A stretch of 64,000 bases of DNA from an uncultured Granulosicoccaceae bacterium (GTDB taxonomy: Bacteria; Pseudomonadota; Gammaproteobacteria; CALCKW01), in NCBI GenBank assembly GCA_937925815.1, contig CALAMQ010000004.1, forward strand, positions 7,099 to 71,098. Direction: 5' to 3'. This document shows, piece by piece, positions 58,204-64,000 of this stretch. The first letter of the stretch is position 1. Each line of letters starts with the position of its first letter. The notes beneath the pieces were generated by a model. It ran no database searches. It saw nothing but the letters and a program-made list of their open reading frames with translations, and was not told where the DNA came from. Position numbers and translations under genes: made by a program.

Positions 58204-61200
58204 TTAACCCTCGGCAGTTGCCGCCAGCAGACTCGCGTTGCCACCTGCCGCTGTCGTGTCGATGCACACATGGCGCTCCACCAGCAATCGCGGGGTATCG
58301 TCTTGTGCTTGCAGCAACGGCACCAGTGCGCCATCACGCGCCGCCAATGCCGCGCGCAGTGCCCGCCGCGTGTCGCTGTCCGCGTGCGACATCACCGCGT
58401 CGAGCGGCGAGGCGGCTGTCAGTTGTTTAGGCGTCAACTCACCGTCCAAGCCATATTCTTGGTCCAGCCCCGGTGCCACACCAATTGCCGCGTTGCCCAA
58501 TGCGCGTGCGGCAGTCACTTGCTCGCGCGTTGCTTGGGCACTTGGTCCCAGACAGAGCACCACACCGCGCGGATACGCCCGCAAACAATTGGATTCTCCG
58601 GTTGGACCTGGCAGATTCAGCGATGGCATCTGCTCTGCGTGCCGCCAGTTCTCGTCAGATACCGCTGCGTTGGCTTGCGCTGAGGCCAGTGCGCAAGCGA
58701 GTGCCTGATCATCTATCGCCGCACCACTCGAGTCGCTGGACGCACTCGCCAGCGGCTCGGCGTAAAAACGCGGCAGGTAGTTCGGACCACCCGCCTTGGG
58801 GCCAGTGCCAGATAACCCTTCACCACCGAAAGGCTGACTGCCGACGATGGCGCCAATCTGGTTACGGTTAATGTACACATTGCCCGCTCGAATACGCCCA
58901 ACGACTTGCTGCACCCGATCATCTATACGCGTGTGCAGGCCAAAAGTCAGGCCGTAGCCAGAGGCGTTGACCGCGTCCACAACATCATCAATCTCATCGG
59001 AGGTGAAACGCGCAACATGCAACACTGGCCCGAAGATCTCTTCTTGCAAGTCCGCAATGCCACCGACCCCGATCACAGCAGGCCCAACAAAGTGACCCTC
59101 CGCCGGCACATCGAGCTGCTTGAGCAGTCGCCCAGTCTTGCGCGCGTTCTCAATGTGTTGGTTGATGCGATCACGCGACGCCGCATCGATCACCGGGCCG
59201 ACATCAGTCGAGAGCGCCCACGGCGCGCCAAGTGCCAGCTCGTCCATCGCGCCGAACAGCATGTCCAACACTTTGTCTGCGATGTCTGCCTGCAGGTACA
59301 ACACGCGAAGCGCAGAGCAGCGCTGCCCCGCCGATTGAAAGCTCGAGGCAATAATATCGCGCACCGCTTGCTCCGGCAGCGCGGTGCTGTCAACAATCAT
59401 CGCGTTCAGTCCACCGGTCTCAGCAATCAACGGGGCCTCTGGTGCCAGGGTTTCGGCCATGCCGCGGTTGATGTGCTGCGCGGTTGCTGTAGACCCGGTA
59501 AAACACACACCCGACACCCGCGGGTCTGAGCACATTGCGGCCCCAACCACGCGGCCGGGGCCCGGCAAAAGCTGGAGCGCATCGACCGGCACACCTGCCT
59601 CGTACAACAAGCTCACGGCTTTGGCGGCGACAAGCGTCGTCGCCTCGGCGGGTTTGGCCAAGACGGCGTTGCCCGCAGCGAGCGCCGCTGACACTTGGCC
59701 CGTGAAGATTGCGAGTGGAAAATTCCACGGTGAGATGCAGCTGATTACGCCACGCGCTCGGCCACGCGCTTGGCTGTCTGTCTCAGTTTGCTCGCACGCA
59801 CTGGCGTAGTAGCGCAGAAAATCCACAGCTTCGCGCAGCTCTCCAACGCAATCGAGCAAGGTTTTCCCAGCTTCACGTGCAAGCAACGCAAAGAGTTCCG
59901 CGTAGTCACGTTCATACAAGTCCGACGCGCGACGCAAGATGCGCGCGCGCTCGGCTGCGGGGCATTCACACCATTGTGCACCGGTTGCCGCCGCAAGCGC
60001 CGACTCCACATCACTGAGATCCGCTTGGGCCACACAGCCGACGACCTCAGTAGATGACGCCGGGTTTGTGATTGTGATGCACTCGCGGTCACGCAGGTCG
60101 CGCGCGGCAAGCATCGGGCCCGCATCCCATTGCTGTTCAATGTATTGGTCACGCCCAGTGTCAATCGACGCGAGGGTTGGCGTATCGGAGAGATCAAAGC
60201 CTTTGGCATTGACGCGTTCATCGCCATAGAGTTCGCGCGGCGCCGCAATGCTTGCATTGGCAACCGCACCGCCGAGCGCCAGAAACGCCGTTACTGGGTC
60301 AGCCGCCACCTCTTCCGGCGGAATATCCGTGTCCACGATTTGATTGACAAAAGAACTGTTGGCGCCGTTCTCGAGCAAGCGACGCACGAGGTAGGCAAGC
60401 AAATCTCGGTGCGCACCCACCGGTGCGTAGATGCGGCACGCAGTACCAGAGTCAGCTAGCACCGCTTGGTGCAGTGACTCACCCATTCCGTGCAGACGCT
60501 GAAATTCAAAGGCCGTTTTGTCTTCAGACATCTCGAGCACCGCGGCAACGGTGTGCGCGTTGTGGGTTGCAAACTGCGGGTAGAGTCTGTCAGTCATGCC
60601 GAGTAATTTGCGCGCACAACACAAGTACGACACATCCGTTGCCGCCTTTCGCGTGTACACCGGAAAGCCGTCCAGGCCCTCAGCTTGAGCCAGTTTGATC
60701 TCACTGTCCCAGTACGCGCCCTTAACCAAGCGCACCATGATCCGGCGGTCGAGCTTCGCAGAAAGCGCGTAGAGCCAATCGATCACATAGGCGGCCCGTT
60801 GCCCATAGGCTTGTACCACCACGCCAAAACCGTCCCACCCGGCGAGCGACGGGTCTGAAACCACCGCTTCAATCACGTCGAGAGAGAGTGACAGCCGGTC
60901 GGCTTCTTCGGCGTCGATATTCAGGCCCATGCCGGCAGATTTGGCGAGCAAGGCGAGCGAACGGGTGCGCGGCACCAGCTCTTCCATAACCCGCTGCCGC
61001 TGCGCGACTTCATATCGCGGGTGCAAGGCCGAGAGCTTGATCGAAATGCCAGGGTTGGCCCGAATGCTGTCAACGCGACACGCCTTGGCGAGTTCGCCGA
61101 TGGCCTCAGAGTACGCGAGGTGGTAGCGGCGCGCGTCGGCCTCGGTGCGCGCCGCTTCGCCGAGCATGTCGTAGGAATAGCTGTACCCCGCCGCCTCCCG

Positions 61201-61764
61201 AGGTGCGGCGCGGGTCATCGCCTCTTCAATGGTCTGGCCGAGCACAAACTGCGAGCCGAGTTCGCGCATTGCGCGTCCCACAGCCACGCGTATGACCGGC
61301 TCACCCAATCGTTTGACCACCCCGTGCAGCGCGCCAATGAGTCCGGTCTCCTCTTCTTCACGCAACACTTTGCCGGTGAGTAACAAGCCCCAAGTCGAGG
61401 CATTAACCAACGATGAACTCGATTTGCCAAGGTGCTCGCCCCACGCCGACGGCGCAATTTTGTCCTCGATCAACGCGTCGATGGTCTCGGCGTCCGGCAC
61501 TCGCAAAAGCGCCTCAGCCAAGCACATCAGCGCTACGCCTTCTGTAGTCGACAGGCCGTACTCGGCGAGGAACACCTCCATGAGCCCGGGGTCTTCTGCG
61601 GACCGAATGCGTGTCACCAGCGCCGTTGCACGGTCGCCAATTCGCGCCCGCAGAGCGGCGTCTAGCTCAGCGCTCGCGAGCAGCGCAGCAATCGCATCCG
61701 GCTCGGCGCGCACGTGGACGCTGTCAATGAGGTCGCGCAAGGAAGTCAGCTTGTCAGTGGTCAT
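58204..61764 (-). CDS. putA: bifunctional proline dehydrogenase / L-glutamate gamma-semialdehyde dehydrogenase PutA (no RHH DNA-binding domain)
   Basis: Arm/alpha domain, PRODH barrel and ALDH domain (about 1187 aa) from MTTDKLTSLRD. It lacks the N-terminal ribbon-helix-helix found in trifunctional PutA. The ORF track start is 33 codons upstream. Confidence 0.95.
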   Translation of the reverse strand: MTTDKLTSLRDLIDSVHVRAEPDAIAALLASAELDAALRARIGDRATALVTRIRSAEDPGLMEVFLAEYGLSTTEGVALMCLAEALLRVPDAETIDALIEDKIAPSAWGEHLGKSSSSLVNASTWGLLLTGKVLREEEETGLIGALHGVVKRLGEPVIRVAVGRAMRELGSQFVLGQTIEEAMTRAAPREAAGYSYSYDMLGEAARTEADARRYHLAYSEAIGELAKACRVDSIRANPGISIKLSALHPRYEVAQRQRVMEELVPRTRSLALLAKSAGMGLNIDAEEADRLSLSLDVIEAVVSDPSLAGWDGFGVVVQAYGQRAAYVIDWLYALSAKLDRRIMVRLVKGAYWDSEIKLAQAEGLDGFPVYTRKAATDVSYLCCARKLLGMTDRLYPQFATHNAHTVAAVLEMSEDKTAFEFQRLHGMGESLHQAVLADSGTACRIYAPVGAHRDLLAYLVRRLLENGANSSFVNQIVDTDIPPEEVAADPVTAFLALGGAVANASIAAPRELYGDERVNAKGFDLSDTPTLASIDTGRDQYIEQQWDAGPMLAARDLRDRECITITNPASSTEVVGCVAQADLSDVESALAAATGAQWCECPAAERARILRRASDLYERDYAELFALLAREAGKTLLDCVGELREAVDFLRYYASACEQTETDSQARGRARGVISCISPWNFPLAIFTGQVSAALAAGNAVLAKPAEATTLVAAKAVSLLYEAGVPVDALQLLPGPGRVVGAAMCSDPRVSGVCFTGSTATAQHINRGMAETLAPEAPLIAETGGLNAMIVDSTALPEQAVRDIIASSFQSAGQRCSALRVLYLQADIADKVLDMLFGAMDELALGAPWALSTDVGPVIDAASRDRINQHIENARKTGRLLKQLDVPAEGHFVGPAVIGVGGIADLQEEIFGPVLHVARFTSDEIDDVVDAVNASGYGLTFGLHTRIDDRVQQVVGRIRAGNVYINRNQIGAIVGSQPFGGEGLSGTGPKAGGPNYLPRFYAEPLASASSDSSGAAIDDQALACALASAQANAAVSDENWRHAEQMPSLNLPGPTGESNCLRAYPRGVVLCLGPSAQATREQVTAARALGNAAIGVAPGLDQEYGLDGELTPKQLTAASPLDAVMSHADSDTRRALRAALAARDGALVPLLQAQDDTPRLLVERHVCIDTTAAGGNASLLAATAEG

Positions 61765-62393
61765 TATTTTTTCTCGCCAAAGTGCGTGCTTGCAGGCTTG
61801 CCACCAAACACGTCGAATGTGCCGACCCAGAGCAGGGTTGCCTCGCTGTCGGTGTGGTTCCAACTGCTGTGTACATGGTTAGAGGGGTGATGCACCGAGT
61901 CACCGCGCCGCAAGACGCGCTGATCACCCTCGATCTCAACCGTGATTTCACCGTCGAGCACCAACAGCATTTCTTCGCCCTCATGGCGAATCGGTGCAAT
62001 GCGGTGGCCGGGTGGCTCGTGAATGATCAGGCTGTGCAAGGTGTTGCCAGCGAACTCAGACGAGAGGCGTTCAAATTGGCTCGCCCCTTCGCTGATGCCA
62101 TAAACCGGCCGCTCGCCGGCGACGGTGAAGCGCTGCTCACCGCCGGGTTGCGCCAGCAGGTGTGCCAGCGGCAGCTCGAGCACCTGCGCCACAGACGCGA
62201 GTGACGCGAGCGACGGCTGGGTGATGCCGCGTTCGATCTGGCTGATAAAACCCACAGACAAGCCGGCGCGGTCGGCGACTGTTTGCAGGGTGAGCTTCAG
62301 CGCGCGACGTTGTGCGCGCAGACGCTGCCCCATGTCGGGGGAGGCGCCAGTGAGCGACGGTGGTTCAGCCTGCAAGGTACTTTTTTTAGTCAT
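61764..62393 (-). CDS. XRE-family HTH transcriptional regulator with C-terminal cupin sensor domain
   Basis: HTH_3 (LRAQRRALKLTLQTVADRAGLSVGFISQIERGITQPSLASLASVAQVL) plus a cupin barrel (LLVLDGEITVEIEG...GDSVHHPSNHVH). Its stop overlaps the putA start codon. Confidence 0.75.
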   Translation of the reverse strand: MTKKSTLQAEPPSLTGASPDMGQRLRAQRRALKLTLQTVADRAGLSVGFISQIERGITQPSLASLASVAQVLELPLAHLLAQPGGEQRFTVAGERPVYGISEGASQFERLSSEFAGNTLHSLIIHEPPGHRIAPIRHEGEEMLLVLDGEITVEIEGDQRVLRRGDSVHHPSNHVHSSWNHTDSEATLLWVGTFDVFGGKPASTHFGEKK

Positions 62394-62395
62394 AG

Positions 62396-62418
62396 TGAAA
62401 TTTTCGGCCAATTTCACT
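62396..62418. promoter_or_regulatory. perfect inverted repeat GTGAAATT-N7-AATTTCAC abutting the regulator start codon, with a third GTGAAAT half-site at 62456-62462
   Basis: Seen directly in the AT-rich region upstream of the XRE-cupin-putA operon; candidate autoregulatory operator. Confidence 0.4.
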
Positions 62419-62518
62419 CATTGTTCAAGAAATTTTAGTGCGACTAAAAAATTATTGTGAAATGACAGCTGGATCGCTTGCTGAACAGCAGGCGCACCCG
62501 ATGTCACGCAAGTCGGGA

Positions 62519-63073
62519 CTAAATCTCGGTCTGCGCGCCTTCTAGCTGCAACACCATTGCCTTGATCACGGTCAGGTGCGGATTGAGCGCGAGCGCTCGC
62601 TTAAACCACACCAGCGCCTCGTCGGCACGGCCTTGCTGCATGTGGATGTAGCCTTGGCCCGATACCGCACCAAAATGGCGTGGTTCGCGTTTGAGGGTTT
62701 GGGCAATGTCCTCAGCTGACTCTACATAACGTCCGATCAGGAAGTTCAGCGTCGCGCGCTTGTTCCACCCTTCCGCGATGTCTGGGCGCGCATCGATCAC
62801 CGCATCAAAAGACGCCATGGCCTCTTCATAACGTGCCGAGGCCATCTGGGCGGTGCCCGCGTTGAGCTGATTGGCGACGTCCGTGTCATCCACGTGCAGC
62901 CACGCCGCCCAAATTTGCTGCGTGATGCGTGCGGCGGTGCGGTTGTCTTGCGTGCTGTGCAAGGCCAGAAAGAGATTCGCCAGATCAGGATCGGTTTGAT
63001 CGGCGCGCGATACGGGACTTACGAGAACCACGCAAAGGGCGAAAACAGCAGAGATCACGCGTGTCCAGTCCAT
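62519..63073 (-). CDS. secreted tetratricopeptide-repeat protein
   Basis: Signal peptide (VISAVFALCVVLVSPVSRA) and TPR-like helical repeats (AEGWNKRATLNFLIGRYVESAEDIAQTLK, ADEALVWFKRALALNPH). Confidence 0.6.
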   Translation of the reverse strand: MDWTRVISAVFALCVVLVSPVSRADQTDPDLANLFLALHSTQDNRTAARITQQIWAAWLHVDDTDVANQLNAGTAQMASARYEEAMASFDAVIDARPDIAEGWNKRATLNFLIGRYVESAEDIAQTLKREPRHFGAVSGQGYIHMQQGRADEALVWFKRALALNPHLTVIKAMVLQLEGAQTEI

Positions 63074-63574
63074 CGATCAGCCTCTTTAAGCACTATTTCA
63101 CTACGGCGGAGAGCGCAACTATCACCGCGACACGGAAGAAGTGCCGGGGACAGACGGCACGGGCACATCACACCAACCTATAAGAGCCCGCCAGTCAACC
63201 ATTCGTTCACAAAGCACCACGGACGAGCCGTCTATTCGCGCCCGATTCGCCACATGTCAGCATGGCAACAACCAACCGTCCGCGGCGCTGCTAACCTGCG
63301 CGAGATTTGCAAGACAGCACCTTACACAACTGGGTTGTTGCGACGGATTAGGCAATCAAACGGTCCACAGAGTCGGCCTTGGGCCGCCGTCCCTGAGCGC
63401 GTCCTTAAGCACCCGGAAATGAGGCCGCTGACGGCAAGCACCACAAAATCACCAAATGTGATGGCCAACAGACGCAGTTAGTTGAAAGAGTACAACGCGT
63501 CGTCTCAAGTTGTTGAATTGAGGCCGCTATATTGTCCATCAAACCACGGCTTTTGAACCGGACCCAAGACTGAC

Positions 63575-64000
63575 ATGGAAAATTCCGCTAGGGATATACG
63601 CGTTCAAACGGAAGCCAAAGTCTTGGTTGTTGATCTGGACGGCACACTGATCCGCTCAGACATGTTGTTCGAGACCTTCTGGGACGCAGTGGCCAGAGAC
63701 TGGACACAATCGATCCGCGCCGTCTCGGCCCTTTCAAAGGGCATTCCACAATTAAAACGCGAGCTCTACCGGTGTTCTCAGGTCGACGTCACCACGCTGC
63801 CGTACAACCCAGCAGTGCTCGAATACATCAAAGCGTGGCGTGAAGAAAACCGTGGGCCCACCGCCCTGGTGACCGCCAGCGATACACACCTTGCCACCGC
63901 CATCGCAGACCACCTTGGCCTTTTCGATGAAGCGCACGGCTCAAACGGTGACGTGAATCTGAAAGGCGAAGAAAAGTCCAAGTTCCTAACCGAAAGGTAC
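63575..64000 (+). CDS. HAD-IB family hydrolase domain protein (5' partial, runs off the window)
   Basis: Starts MENSARDIRVQTEAKVLVVDLDGTLIRSD (HAD motif I DxDGT). There is no stop before the window end. This family is often found as a HAD-UbiA prenyltransferase fusion. Confidence 0.5.
   Translation, partial: MENSARDIRVQTEAKVLVVDLDGTLIRSDMLFETFWDAVARDWTQSIRAVSALSKGIPQLKRELYRCSQVDVTTLPYNPAVLEYIKAWREENRGPTALVTASDTHLATAIADHLGLFDEAHGSNGDVNLKGEEKSKFLTERY

Overview
This is a high-GC (about 63-65%), gene-dense chromosomal segment that looks gammaproteobacterial. I call about 60 protein-coding genes on both strands, and find no rRNA, tRNA, CRISPR array, IS element or large repeat. Most of the window is core metabolism and housekeeping. 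In order, it holds:
- a TauE/SafE exporter, a Cys/Met-family PLP enzyme and an SDR;
- a MocR-type regulator followed by a PatB/MalY-like aminotransferase;
- a GDYXXLXY protein paired with a polytopic membrane protein;
- CoA pyrophosphatase, gor and ubiA;
- a translationally coupled pair of paralogous P-loop GTPases, the second membrane-anchored, immediately downstream of ubiA and before comF;
- the conserved radC / coaBC-dut-algC-argB block, then xthA-ampG, an EamA transporter, an XdhC-like protein and cysQ;
- a type II secretion gspG-gspN operon without gspCDEF, divergent from a rhombosortase-VanZ-PqiA-like trio;
- ilvA, rpiA, rlmKL, a secreted DUF900-like hydrolase, an MFS transporter and dinB;
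- a lower-GC islet encoding a soluble MCP-like mini-protein;
- a partial phenylacetate cluster (paaZ divergent from paaG-I-J-K plus a TetR regulator) with a recognisable sigma70 promoter overlapped by an inverted-repeat operator;
- a TRAP transporter, a bicupin, an S9 peptidase and an orphan low-GC type IV pilin;
- putA of the non-DNA-binding type, co-transcribed with an XRE-cupin regulator preceded by GTGAAAT inverted repeats, then a TPR protein and a truncated HAD-IB gene at the window edge.
The GTPase pair is the most unusual item and my best candidate for an undescribed system. Everything here rests on reading the sequence and motifs by eye; no database search was run. The six-frame track marks non-ATG starts as M, and I moved several starts inward to plausible internal ATG or GTG codons, noting each case in its evidence field.
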